A stretch of 64,000 nt of DNA from an uncultured bacterium (GCA_903916675.1 CAIWXQ010000016.1:18964-82963), one strand, 5' to 3'; shown: positions 44,529 to 54,048, counted from the stretch's first letter. Program-made: numbers and translations. Notes: generated from the letters alone by a model not told the origin.

Positions 44529-44624
44529 TCAGGAGCCAGGCGTCAGAATGAAAACTCCAACGACAGGGTTGTGCATCATTCTGAATTCTATATTCTGGAT
44601 TCTGGATTCCTAGGCCAAGACGCC

Positions 44625-45473
44625 ATGCGACTTTTCCCTTCCATCCTGTTGGTAACGCTGCTGACTGCGGCGTTCATTCTGGCCTGCCGTCTGACCGGCC
44701 TGGCCGAGCTCGGCGCGGCGAGCCGCGGCGACGATGCCTTGGAGGACATGCTGGGCGGCAGCCGCGTGTTCGTCGGCGGTCTCTGCATGAATCGTGCCGA
44801 CCTCTACCTGCACCGCGGGCTTGCATACATCGACGAAGCAGCCTTCTCGAACCGCTGGTACCAGCGACTTGGCGCGGAAATCTCCCCCAACGTGGTCCAG
44901 CACCGCGAAGGGCCGGCAGGAATGAGGATCGTCTTGCCGTGGGTGATCCTGGCGGCCCGCGCCACACCCACCAACACGGATTATGTGCTAACGCAGGCCT
45001 ATCTGTTCCGCGCCACCGGTGATCCGCAGCGCGCGCTTCGCGAAATCTGCGGCGCCGTGGGCGACCAGCCGAAGAACCCCGAGTTCCGGCTGGAGGAGGC
45101 GCGCATTCGCCTCGCCCTGAACCAGTGGGACGGATCGGCTTCCGCATTCGACATCTGCATCCGGATGATCGGGCCGAAGCCGGTTGACGACGATCAGGCC
45201 CGGACACTGGCAGAGGCTTGCATGTGGCGTGGGCTGCTTCTGGAACGCAGCGGCGAAAGCAATGCAGCGGTGGCTCTTCTTTCCGGCGCCATTCATCTCG
45301 AACCGAAGCTCTATGGCACCTTGTCCAACCGCGTGACCGCGCTGCAGGCCGGTCGGGCGCCGCAGCCCTCTGTCATGGATTTGCTCGCCCAATACCAGAA
45401 GGCGGCGATCAACCCGCTCTGCGCACATGATCACGACCACGAACACGTTGATCATGACGACGACGGGGATTGA
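44625..45473 (+). CDS. hypothetical membrane-anchored helical-repeat (TPR-like) protein with His/Asp-rich tail
   Basis: 282 aa from MRLFPSILLVTLLTAAFILA. C-terminal CAHDHDHEHVDHDDDGD. Family not recognised. Confidence 0.55.
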   Translation: MRLFPSILLVTLLTAAFILACRLTGLAELGAASRGDDALEDMLGGSRVFVGGLCMNRADLYLHRGLAYIDEAAFSNRWYQRLGAEISPNVVQHREGPAGMRIVLPWVILAARATPTNTDYVLTQAYLFRATGDPQRALREICGAVGDQPKNPEFRLEEARIRLALNQWDGSASAFDICIRMIGPKPVDDDQARTLAEACMWRGLLLERSGESNAAVALLSGAIHLEPKLYGTLSNRVTALQAGRAPQPSVMDLLAQYQKAAINPLCAHDHDHEHVDHDDDGD

Positions 45474-45520
45474 GTGGCGTAGGCATCCCCTCCCGACGGA
45501 CCGATTTCGCAGCCGGGACG

Positions 45521-45624
45521 GCTGTGCCACGCGAACCGCAAAACAGCAGAGTGTCGATTTTGGAAGGGAGATCGGCCCAAGCCTTCAACACTCTGCGGTT
45601 GGGCATTCGTCACTCTGCGGTTCG
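45521..45624 (+). repeat. about 105-nt dispersed element, copy 1 (GCCACGCGAACCGCAAAAC...CACTCTGCGGTTGG..GTCACTCTGCGGTTCG)
   Basis: Close direct copy at 47920-48033, partial or divergent copies at 12838-12874 and 54136-54170. Internal long-range complementarity (CGAACCGCA..CAGAGTG versus CACTCTG..CGGTTCG). Confidence 0.85.
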
Positions 45625-45704
45625 TGCGCCTCAAATGAAACTCCTTGGTACATTCGCCAGAGCCAAATTAACTAATACTTCAAACGATAATGAGGAAGCG
45701 ATCC

Positions 45705-45965
45705 ATGCCAGACTACAAACTCACGTGCGAAGTGATTACCGTCAACGAGGAGAAGACCAAGTGTCAGAAGCTGGGGGATTCATTTACCCTTGGGGCGCGA
45801 ACGCCTGACGGCATGTGTGCCAGAGCATTCTCTGCCATTTAACCCATTGCACTGGCTATGCGTTTTACCGACAGTATCCCTTGGCAGGGCAAAAATGAAT
45901 ACTTTGACGTTACCTGTCCTGATCGGCATGTGACGTATAGACTCACAAGAATCAAAGAGAAGTGA
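45705..45965 (+). pseudogene. TIGR04076-like small Cys-containing protein interrupted by an in-frame TAA (family by recall)
   Basis: GAGGAAG lies 6 nt upstream of ATG 45705. 86 codons, with codon 46 = TAA (45840-45842). Reads MPDYKLTCEVITV..CQKLGDSFTL..PDGMCARAFSAI*PIALAMRFTDSIPW..VTCPDRHVTYRLTRIKEK. Both halves are under 60 aa, so it is absent from the ORF track. Confidence 0.5.
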
Positions 45966-46000
45966 CCGTAGAACCACGCTGGATGTTGAAGGAACGTCAC

Positions 46001-47881
46001 ATGAAGACATGGCCTGTGATTGCGTCTACGCTCGGCGCGGTTGTCCTGATATCCAGCGGCAGAACCATTCAGGAGACGGTGCGTTCTGCTTCGCCCGACA
46101 ACTGGGTTGCGGCCTATGAATCCGATTTCAAAAATATGAAGGCGACGGCAGATAACTGGTGTTGCCGGTTGGGCAAGATGAAGATCGACGACGGGAAGGT
46201 GGTTCTGCTCCCCATCGAGAAGAGAAAACGCGCCTGGTTCATTCTGGATCCACTCACGTTTCCTGACAGTTTCCGTGTCGAGGTCATTGGCTCGGTTTCC
46301 CCCGGCAACAAACCGCAACTGCTGAGTTTCGGTTTCTGCCTGAGCACCTTTGGCGACGACACGGGATCCGGATACATGCTCCAGTTCGGGGCAAACAACA
46401 ACACCTGCAGTCTGCTGAAAAAATGCGGGAAGGTCATTGGCTCAACAATCAACACGAATGCCCGCCCGGAGGCTGGCAGGGCGTACAACTTTGCAGTGGA
46501 AAGGGTCGGCGGTCGAATCAGTCTGTCCGTGGACGGTGCGCCGGTGTTTTCCTATGACGACCCGGCGCCGCTGGGAGACGTGACCTGCGACAGCATCAGC
46601 CTGTTCACGGCAAACTGCTCGATGACCGTGGAGAAGGTGACCGTGTACGCGCGGAAGGATCATCCGGAGGACGTCTTTGCCCCCATGATTGCGCCGGCGG
46701 GAGGTCCCCCGGTCACAATAAAAGGCGCGTTGGTGTGGGAGAACACGAAGAATTCCGAGCGCAAGGACGCCGGGGATTATCAGGTGATCTATGCGATCGA
46801 AGGCACGTCGGAAATCAACTCGGAGTGGGGAAGGATGATGCGGGATTACTGGCCGGGCGACGCCATGGATTGCGATCAGGCGAAGAAATTGAATGACGAA
46901 GTGGTTCACCGCTTCAAGTATTACCTTGCGCCGCATCAGACAGCTGCACGGGCGCAGCGCGCGAGCGGAAGATATGGAGCCACGCCGATGGAAGTGTCAG
47001 GTGCCATAGTCGAGAAGGACGGGCGGAGATGGATCGTCCCCACCGGCATGCAGAAAACAAAAATAAACTATCCGGCAAAAATGCTGGCGCCCGACAAGCC
47101 TCTGGTCATGCCGGGGAAAGAGCCGCTGGTTCTGAAGATCAACGACAAGGTGTCGTTGAAATGCGTGCTCCTGCCGGCGGGGCGGTATCTGCAGGGCGCG
47201 CCTTATTATCAGCGGGTGCGCTGTGCCTGCGAAGACCCGCACGAGGTGGTGCTGACCAAGCCGTTCTGGATGGCCGAGACACCGGTTACACAGGAGATTT
47301 TCGAATCAATGATGGGGACCAATCCCTGTCGAAGCAACGCCGCATGCAATGTGGGTCCGTTGTGTCCCGTGGAGCAGGTCCCCTACGCAGATATCGAGAC
47401 CTTCTGCAGGCTGCTGTCGGAGAAAACTCGCCGCAAGGTGCGCCTGGCGACACATGGCGAGTGGGAATTTGCGGGGCGTGTCGGGACTTCCAACCCGTGT
47501 TTTCCCGAGAAGTACAAGGATCAGATCAGCAACATCGGCGCCGACACACAGGATGACACGTACATGCGCAACTGCCCGGTTAAAAGCGCACAACCGAATG
47601 CGTGGGGCTTGTACGACATGTTGACCCGTGCCGAACACGTCCTCAGCGACTGGGGCGGCCCCAATTCGCACCAAAAAGAGGTTGATCCTTCCGGTCCGCT
47701 GCCAAGCGCGGCTTGGAACAAAGGCGTGCATCTGGCCATCGGGTACCACCAGCAAAGGCCCGACATTCTGGGAGGCACTGAATCGGAAGGACAAGGATGG
47801 GAAGCGCTCGCGATATTCCGCGTGGTTGTGGAAGCCACGCCGCAAGAGATCGCTCAGATGGAGACGGCGGGGAAGAAATAA
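46001..47881 (+). CDS. secreted two-domain protein: N-terminal DUF1080/lectin-like region plus C-terminal SUMF1/FGE-type (formylglycine-generating-enzyme-like) domain
   Basis: Signal peptide MKTWPVIASTLGAVVLISSG. FGE-like motifs TKPFWMAETPVTQEIF, RLATHGEWEFAGR, NAWGLYDM. AT-richer than the flanks. Confidence 0.75.
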   Translation: MKTWPVIASTLGAVVLISSGRTIQETVRSASPDNWVAAYESDFKNMKATADNWCCRLGKMKIDDGKVVLLPIEKRKRAWFILDPLTFPDSFRVEVIGSVSPGNKPQLLSFGFCLSTFGDDTGSGYMLQFGANNNTCSLLKKCGKVIGSTINTNARPEAGRAYNFAVERVGGRISLSVDGAPVFSYDDPAPLGDVTCDSISLFTANCSMTVEKVTVYARKDHPEDVFAPMIAPAGGPPVTIKGALVWENTKNSERKDAGDYQVIYAIEGTSEINSEWGRMMRDYWPGDAMDCDQAKKLNDEVVHRFKYYLAPHQTAARAQRASGRYGATPMEVSGAIVEKDGRRWIVPTGMQKTKINYPAKMLAPDKPLVMPGKEPLVLKINDKVSLKCVLLPAGRYLQGAPYYQRVRCACEDPHEVVLTKPFWMAETPVTQEIFESMMGTNPCRSNAACNVGPLCPVEQVPYADIETFCRLLSEKTRRKVRLATHGEWEFAGRVGTSNPCFPEKYKDQISNIGADTQDDTYMRNCPVKSAQPNAWGLYDMLTRAEHVLSDWGGPNSHQKEVDPSGPLPSAAWNKGVHLAIGYHQQRPDILGGTESEGQGWEALAIFRVVVEATPQEIAQMETAGKK

Positions 47882-47919
47882 CCCGAGTGAATCTGTTCTG
47901 TTGGCCAGGGAACGTAAAA

Positions 47920-48033
47920 GCTGTTGCCACGGCGAACCGCAAAACCGCAGGACAGCAGCGTGTTGTTTTTTGAAGGGGCAACGGCCCAAGCCTTCAACAC
48001 TCTGCGGTTGGACGTTCGTCACTCTGCGGTTCG
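47920..48033 (+). repeat. about 105-nt dispersed element, copy 2
   Basis: GCTGTTGCCACGGCGAACCGCAAAACCGCAGGACAGCAGCG..GGCCCAAGCCTTCAACACTCTGCGGTTGGACGTTCGTCACTCTGCGGTTCG. Same orientation as 45521-45624. Confidence 0.85.
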
Positions 48034-48072
48034 CATGTCGTTGTCATGCGCCTCGCATCGGCAGTGCGCCCC

Positions 48073-50019
48073 TTACGCCTCGCCGCGGGCCACGGCAGGG
48101 AGAAGTCCGCCGGCGAGCAGCAGACGCTTCTGGCGTGCGGTGAGCGTGGCGACCACGGGGATGCACTTCCCCTGCGTGAGGTTCTTCAGCTCCGCCCTTC
48201 CGTCGCCAGATACGACCGCACGCAGGTTGTCGATCGCAAGCCAATCGCCCGCGGCAATGGCGTCGTAGTCGGCCGGGTTGGCGAAGGAGAACGGCACGAT
48301 CCCGAAGTTGATCAGGTTGGCGAGGTGAATGCGCTCGATGCTTCTGGCCAGCACGACCTTGACACCGAGGTACATCGGGCACATGGCCGCGTGCTCGCGG
48401 CTCGACCCCTGGCCGTAGCTCTCGCCGGCCACGATCACGTTGTGCCGGCCGGCGTCGCGGTTGGCCGCAGCGCGCGTGTGAAAATCCTTGTCCACGCTCT
48501 CAAAAACGTATTGAGAGTAGGCTGGGACATTCGAACGGTACTTCAGCCGCGCGCCGGCGGGCATGATGTGGTCCGTGGTGATCTTGTCGCCGACCTTGAT
48601 GGCAGCCACGCCGTCGAGCTTTTCCGGCAGCGGTGTGTTGGCCGGCACCTGGCCGATGTTCGGGCCGCGTACGATGGCTGTCCCGGGCACACCCTTGCCG
48701 GCGGTCTCGGCGAAGAGGAACATGCTGTCGTCGATGCCGTAGCGCTCCGGCTCCTTCACAGCCGGGAGGTCTTTCAGTGTGCACGGGTCGGTAAAGACGC
48801 CGGTGAGCGCAGCCGCGGCCGCGGTTTCGGGGCTGACGAGATAAACCTGCGCCGAGGCTGTGCCGCTGCGCCCCTCGAAGTTGCGGTTGTTAGTGCGCAG
48901 GCTGACGGCATCCGTTCCCGGTGACATGTGGTTGCCGATGCAGAAGCCGCAGGCGTTCTCGAGGATGCGCACGCCGGCCGCCACGAAATCGGCCAACAGC
49001 CCTTCCTTGGCCAGCATCAGGACCACCTGTCGTGAGCCGGGCGCCACGCCGACCTCCACCTCCGGGTGGACCTTCTTGCCGCGCAGCAGCAGCGCGACGG
49101 TCTTGAGGTCGCGGTACGACGAGTTCGTGCAGGAGCCGATCAGCACCTGATTTACCTTGCGGCCGGCGAGGGAGGCTATGGTGGTGATGTTGCCTGGCGA
49201 GTGCGGACAGGCGGCCATGGGTGCCACGGCCGAGAGGTCGAGATCGAGAACCTGGTCGTACGAGGCGTCGGCGTCGGCAATCAGCTCGCTCCAGTCGGCC
49301 TCGCGCCCCTGCGCCGCGAGAAAACGCCGGGTGTTGTCGTCGCTGGGGAATACCGAGGTGGTGACGCCGAGCTCGGCGCCCATGTTGGTGATCGTGGCGC
49401 GCGACGGCACGTCCAGCGTGGCCACGCCAGGGCCGCCGTATTCCAGCACACGGCCGACATTCCCCTTGGTGCCGTAGACCGACAGTACCTGCAGGATCAC
49501 GTCCTTTGCAGAGACACCGGGGCGAAGCGCGTCGCGCAGGCGCACGAGCGTGACCTTGGGGCAGGTGAGGTAGAATGGCCAGCCGCCCAGGGCCACGGCC
49601 ACGTCGATACCACCGGCACCGATGGCCAGCATGCCGATGCCGCCGCCGGTGGGGGTGTGCGAATCGCTGCCAAGCAGGGTCTTGCCGGGTCTGCCGAAGC
49701 GTTCGAGGTGGAGCTGGTGGCAGATGCCGTTGCCGGGGCGCGAGTAGATCACGCCGTAGCGTTGCGCCACGCTGCGCAAGTAGGCGTGGTCGTCGGCGTT
49801 CTCGAAGCCGACCTGGATCGTATTGTGGTCCACGTAGCTGACGGAAAGCTCCGTCTTGGCGCGCGCCAGCCCCATGCTCTCGAATTGCAGGTAGGCCATG
49901 GTGCCGGTCGCGTCCTGCGTCAGCGTCTGGTCGATGCGGACGGCGAGCTCGCGACCTGGGATCAGATCGCCGGAGACCCGGTGCGCCGTCAGAATCTTTT
50001 CAACTACGGTCCTGCCCAT
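48073..50019 (-). CDS. aconitase-family hydratase (about 650-aa single-chain type)
   Basis: 648 aa. QDATGTMA, GSDSHTPTGGG, IGSCTNSSY (Fe-S ligands), and a C-terminal swivel domain with GESYGQGSSREHAA. Confidence 0.85.
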   Translation of the reverse strand: MGRTVVEKILTAHRVSGDLIPGRELAVRIDQTLTQDATGTMAYLQFESMGLARAKTELSVSYVDHNTIQVGFENADDHAYLRSVAQRYGVIYSRPGNGICHQLHLERFGRPGKTLLGSDSHTPTGGGIGMLAIGAGGIDVAVALGGWPFYLTCPKVTLVRLRDALRPGVSAKDVILQVLSVYGTKGNVGRVLEYGGPGVATLDVPSRATITNMGAELGVTTSVFPSDDNTRRFLAAQGREADWSELIADADASYDQVLDLDLSAVAPMAACPHSPGNITTIASLAGRKVNQVLIGSCTNSSYRDLKTVALLLRGKKVHPEVEVGVAPGSRQVVLMLAKEGLLADFVAAGVRILENACGFCIGNHMSPGTDAVSLRTNNRNFEGRSGTASAQVYLVSPETAAAAALTGVFTDPCTLKDLPAVKEPERYGIDDSMFLFAETAGKGVPGTAIVRGPNIGQVPANTPLPEKLDGVAAIKVGDKITTDHIMPAGARLKYRSNVPAYSQYVFESVDKDFHTRAAANRDAGRHNVIVAGESYGQGSSREHAAMCPMYLGVKVVLARSIERIHLANLINFGIVPFSFANPADYDAIAAGDWLAIDNLRAVVSGDGRAELKNLTQGKCIPVVATLTARQKRLLLAGGLLPAVARGEA

Positions 50020-50169
50020 GAAACGCCTCTTGGGTTACGGTTGTGACAAAACAGAATACCGGCAGGCAAGGCGAGCGTCAATGATGCGGGCCTGGTAACT
50101 GGTTAAATCCCCTTGTCGTTTCTTCGCCGGCGTGACTACACTAACAGCTACCTTCTTCATGCGGACCTC

Positions 50170-51120
50170 ATGAACCATCCCAGCGCAGAACCAATGATTG
50201 TGGCGCGCGAGCTCACGTGCGTCTTTGGCTCGTTCACGGCCGTGGACCATGTTTCCTTTGCGGTTGCGCGCGGCGAGATCTTCGGCTTTCTCGGTCCCAA
50301 CGGCGCGGGGAAGTCCACCACCATCCGCATGCTCTGTGGCCTGCTAAGGCCCACGTCCGGAACGGCGCGGGTGGCTGGGTATGACACGGGCCGCGAGCCG
50401 GAGTGCGTACGCGAGCGGATTGGCTACATGTCGCAGAAGTTCAGCCTCTACCGCGACCTGAGTGTGCGCGAGAATCTGGCATTTTTCGGCGGCGTCTACG
50501 GCTTGACCGGCGCGCGCCTGCAGGCGCGCCGCGAGGCGGTGGTGGGCATGGCCGGGCTGGCCGGGATGATTGATCGCATCACGGGGACGCTTTCCGGTGC
50601 GCTGCAGCAGCGCCTGGCGCTCGGCTGCGCCATTCTGCACGAGCCGTCCATCCTCTTCCTCGACGAGCCCACCAGCGGTGTGGATCCGCTCTCGCGCCGG
50701 ACCTTCTGGGACCTGATCCAGGGGCTGGCGGCGAAGGGCGTCACGGTGCTGGTGACCACGCATTTTCTCGACGAGGCGGAATTCTGCCAGCGCCTGGCGT
50801 TCATCCATGCGGGGCGGCTGGTGGCGCTCGGCACGCCGGCTGATGTCCGGCGCGAGAGCGTGCAGGAGGATCTGTTTGAGGTCGCCCTGGAGACCTTGGC
50901 GGGCGCGCGGGAGAAACTGCAGGGTCTCGCGGATGTGCTGGCAGTTTCATTCTTTGGTCCGCGACTGCACGTCTTCTGCCGGTCGGGCTGCTACGATTCG
51001 CACACGCTCGGCCGGGCGCTGGCGGCGCGGGGGCTGGCCACGCAACACGTGGCACGTGTTCCGGTGCGGCTGGAGGACGTTTTCATCCGACTGGTGCAAC
51101 GACAACCGTTGAACCGTTGA
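50170..51120 (+). CDS. ABC transporter ATP-binding protein
   Basis: 316 aa from MNHPSAEPMIVAREL. GPNGAGKST, LSGALQQR, ILFLDEPTSG. Confidence 0.85.
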   Translation: MNHPSAEPMIVARELTCVFGSFTAVDHVSFAVARGEIFGFLGPNGAGKSTTIRMLCGLLRPTSGTARVAGYDTGREPECVRERIGYMSQKFSLYRDLSVRENLAFFGGVYGLTGARLQARREAVVGMAGLAGMIDRITGTLSGALQQRLALGCAILHEPSILFLDEPTSGVDPLSRRTFWDLIQGLAAKGVTVLVTTHFLDEAEFCQRLAFIHAGRLVALGTPADVRRESVQEDLFEVALETLAGAREKLQGLADVLAVSFFGPRLHVFCRSGCYDSHTLGRALAARGLATQHVARVPVRLEDVFIRLVQRQPLNR

Positions 51121-51130
51121 ACCGTGAACC
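51106..51130. repeat. CGGTTCA heptamer repeat (inverted orientation) forming the junction of two ABC genes
   Basis: CCGTTGAACCGTTGAACCGTGAACC. It contains the ATPase stop TGA (51118-51120) and the permease GTG 51124. Confidence 0.7.
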
Positions 51131-51144
51131 ACCGAATCCCAGAC

Positions 51145-52269
51145 ATGCAGCGTTTTCTTGCCATCTTTGTGAAGGAAATCCGGCAGCTTCGGCGAGATCG
51201 GCTGTCGCTCGGCATGCTCTTCCTCGTGCCGGTGCTGCTGCTGGCGCTATACGGGTATGCGCTGTCGTTCGATGTTAAGCACATCCCCGTGGCGGTGCTC
51301 GACGAGGACGCCACGCGCGCGAGCCGGGAATTTCTGGAGAGTCTCTTCAGCAACCCGTATTTCGACCGTGTGCTGACGCTCGACCGCCGGGCCGAGGCCG
51401 ATGCGGTGTTGGACCGCGGCCGGGCGCGTTTGGTGCTGGTGATCCCGCGCGGCTTCGCGCAGCGTTTGGCGCGCGGCGAGACGGCCGAGGTGCAGGCGCT
51501 GGTGGACGGCGCGGATGCCTCCTCGGCCGGCGCGGCGGTGGGCTATCTCGACGCGCTGGCCGCGCGCGCCACCCGCCGCGTGCAGATCGAGACTATCCAG
51601 CGAGCCGGAATCGCGCCGTCCCTGCCGCTGGTGGCACTGGTGCCGCGCATCTGGTTCAACCCGGATCAGGAGAGTTCGCACTTCCTGATTCCGGGGCTGA
51701 TCTCCATGCTGATGATGCTGGCCGCAGTGATCGCGACTTCGCTCTCGATTGTGCGCGAGCGGGAGCGCCGGACTCTGGAGCAGATCCTGGTTTCGCCAGT
51801 CCGGCCGATGGAATTGATCCTCGGCAAGACGCTGCCGTATGTGCTCGTGGGCGTGGCCACAATGGGGTTGATCCTGCTGCTGGGGCGGATTGCCTTCGGC
51901 GTCACCGTGGCCGGCTCATGGTGGCTGCTGTCGCTGACGACGCTCGTGTTTTTGTTCAGCGCCCTCGGCATGGGGCTGATGATTTCGTCCATCACGCGCT
52001 CGCAACAGGTGGCGTTTCAGCTGGCGACGATCCTGACACTGCTGCCCTCGTTCCTGCTCTCCGGCCTGATCTTCCCGATTCGGAGCATGCCGGTCTTCCA
52101 CCAGGTCTTTTCGCTTTTCTTCATCCCGCGGCACTTTGTGACCGCGCTGCGCGCGATCATGCTCAAGGGGGCGGGATTCGCCGAGATCTGGCCCTCGCTG
52201 GCGGCCATGCTCGCGCTGGGGCTCTTCTTCAACGGGATCGCCCTCTGGCGGACGCGTCGAAGCATGTGA
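51145..52269 (+). CDS. ABC-2 type transporter permease
   Basis: 374 aa from MQRFLAIFVKEIRQLRRD. Large periplasmic loop, then five C-terminal TM segments. Alternative GTG at 51124. Confidence 0.75.
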   Translation: MQRFLAIFVKEIRQLRRDRLSLGMLFLVPVLLLALYGYALSFDVKHIPVAVLDEDATRASREFLESLFSNPYFDRVLTLDRRAEADAVLDRGRARLVLVIPRGFAQRLARGETAEVQALVDGADASSAGAAVGYLDALAARATRRVQIETIQRAGIAPSLPLVALVPRIWFNPDQESSHFLIPGLISMLMMLAAVIATSLSIVRERERRTLEQILVSPVRPMELILGKTLPYVLVGVATMGLILLLGRIAFGVTVAGSWWLLSLTTLVFLFSALGMGLMISSITRSQQVAFQLATILTLLPSFLLSGLIFPIRSMPVFHQVFSLFFIPRHFVTALRAIMLKGAGFAEIWPSLAAMLALGLFFNGIALWRTRRSM

Positions 52270-52292
52270 GGCGACGGGGAGATTGGGCCATT

Positions 52293-52568
52293 TTATGATT
52301 TTTGATGCCGGGCGATGGATCGCTGCACGAAGTCCGTCTCCGCCTGCTTCTTCCAGAAGGCGTCGTCCGGCCGCGCGTCCGTGGTCTTCAGCTCCATCTT
52401 GTCCGCCAGCGCATGGACATGTTCGCGCAGCATATCCTGAATGCATTCCGGAACATGGCGGCGGTGTTCCAGGTGGTTCTGGACGCACAGAGCGCAATTG
52501 CCGCGGATCGGACAGAACGTTTGCGCGCAGGGGCAGTTTTTGTTCAGCGAGATCTTGTGGTCAATCAT
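52293..52568 (-). CDS. small Cys-rich protein (DUF6485-like by recall)
   Basis: 91 aa from MIDHKISLNKNCPCAQTFCPIRGNCALCVQNHLEHRRHVPEC. GGAGA precedes the ATG. The rest of the 205-aa track ORF overlaps alr and is judged spurious. Confidence 0.55.
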   Translation of the reverse strand: MIDHKISLNKNCPCAQTFCPIRGNCALCVQNHLEHRRHVPECIQDMLREHVHALADKMELKTTDARPDDAFWKKQAETDFVQRSIARHQKS

Positions 52569-52606
52569 GGCGTCTCCGTCCCGGTTTCTCGGCTGCCGCC
52601 AGCCGC

Positions 52607-53734
52607 TTACACGTAGCGCCGTTCGACGCGGTTGCTGATAGAGCAAAGGATCTCGTAGGGGTGGGTCCCCTTGAGGCTCGCCCAGTCCTTGACAGAAATC
52701 GCCTGCGGCCCTTCGCCGCCCAGGCAGATCACCTCGTCTCCGACCGCGGCGTCGGGAACCTGGTCGAGCGCCACGGTCGTGTAATCCATGGAGATGCGTC
52801 CGAGGATTGGGCAGGGGACGCCTCGGATCAGCACGTGGCCGCGGTTCGAGAGCGCCAGTGGCAGGCCGTCCGCATAGCCGGCTGAGATGGTCCCCACGGA
52901 TGTCTCGCACGCCAGCCGGTGTGTGAGCCCGTAGCCGATGCTCATTCCGGTCGGCAGGTGCCGCACGGAAATCAGGCGCGTCTTGAGCGTCAGCACTTGG
53001 CGCAATGGCAGCGTGCCCCCTCCCTCGGTGTCGAACGGCCCGTGCAGATCGATCCCCGTTCGCACCAGGTTGAATGGTACCTTGGCCGTCTGGGGGAAGT
53101 TGCAGGACGCATCGCTATTGGCCATGTGCCGCAGTGGGATCGAGATATCATCGGCCTTCAGGTCGTGCAGCAGCGCGAGAAATGCGTCGATCTGTTGCTG
53201 CGTGTACGCTTCGCCCGCGCGGCAGGCCATTGGGAAGTGCGAATAGATCCCCTCGGGGTCGAGGTTGGGCAGGCGCACAGCCTGGTTGATTGTCTTGCGG
53301 GCCTCGGGTAGGAGAATGCCAAGGCGTCCCATGCCGGTGTCGATCTTGAAGTGGACCTTTACGCGGCGGTTTTGGCGTGCTCCCTCGTCCTGAATCCACT
53401 GCGCGGCGCGCAGGTCAGTCACCGGCAGCACAACGTCAGCGGCAACCATGGCGGGGAGTTCATCGGGGAGGATGCTGCCGAGAATCTGCACCGGCAGGCT
53501 GAGCGGCGACAGGGCGAGCGCCTCATGTGGTTCGGCCACGCCAAATCGCTCCACGCCGGACTTGGCCAGCGCGGCGGCGATGGGTTGGACGCCAAGACCG
53601 TAGGCGTTGGCCTTGAGCACGGCCATCACGCACGCCGGTTTCACGGCGTCGACGATTTTTCGGTAGTTGGCGCAGAGAGTGGCGAGATCAACCTCGACCC
53701 AGACGCGGCGGGGCGGTGAAAATGAGGCAGGCAT
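52607..53734 (-). CDS. alr: alanine racemase
   Basis: 375 aa. PLP-lysine motif AVLKANAYGLG; C-terminal YGxxxRL-type region GYGLTHRL. Confidence 0.9.
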   Translation of the reverse strand: MPASFSPPRRVWVEVDLATLCANYRKIVDAVKPACVMAVLKANAYGLGVQPIAAALAKSGVERFGVAEPHEALALSPLSLPVQILGSILPDELPAMVAADVVLPVTDLRAAQWIQDEGARQNRRVKVHFKIDTGMGRLGILLPEARKTINQAVRLPNLDPEGIYSHFPMACRAGEAYTQQQIDAFLALLHDLKADDISIPLRHMANSDASCNFPQTAKVPFNLVRTGIDLHGPFDTEGGGTLPLRQVLTLKTRLISVRHLPTGMSIGYGLTHRLACETSVGTISAGYADGLPLALSNRGHVLIRGVPCPILGRISMDYTTVALDQVPDAAVGDEVICLGGEGPQAISVKDWASLKGTHPYEILCSISNRVERRYV

Positions 53735-53835
53735 GGCTGTCGCTTTCGTGTGAATGCATCATAGCTCACCCGCCATCTACCCGCAAGGCAGGGACAACGC
53801 TCCGCTCCGCCGTCCGCCTGGCGTGCGCGAAACTG

Positions 53836-53888
53836 CGGCTGACTCACCGTTGGGGAGCGGATCGGGCCGCACGGATCGTGCAGGATAC
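53836..53888. repeat. second copy of the CGGCTGAC..GCGGATCGGG..GCAGGATAC element
   Basis: CGGCTGACTCACCGTTGGGGAGCGGATCGGGCCGCACGGATCGTGCAGGATAC. Compare 12379-12432. Confidence 0.8.
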
Positions 53889-53963
53889 CGCAAACAAGCG
53901 CGCTTTCTCTGCCCTCTGGCTTGACGATGGGCGCGCCTTCTGGCAACATGACGCCGTCTTTGC

Positions 53964-54048
53964 GCACCCGTGGTGGAATTGGCAGACACGCAAGATTCAG
54001 GTTCTTGTACCGCAAGGTGTGGGGGTTCAACTCCCTCCGGGTGCACCA
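53964..54048 (+). tRNA. tRNA-Leu (anticodon CAG)
   Basis: Acceptor GCACCCG/CGGGTGC, 3-bp D stem, anticodon stem CAAGA/TCTTG with loop TTCAGGT, long variable arm TACCGCAAGGTGT, T loop TTCAACT, encoded CCA. Confidence 0.9.

Noticed and set aside
45840-45842. In-frame TAA (45840) and TAG (6994) as evidence of stop-codon reassignment or programmed readthrough.
   Set aside because: All well-supported housekeeping genes in the window terminate normally at TAA, TAG or TGA with sensible C-termini. Both interrupted genes are AT-rich accessory genes, so simple nonsense mutations are the economical explanation.
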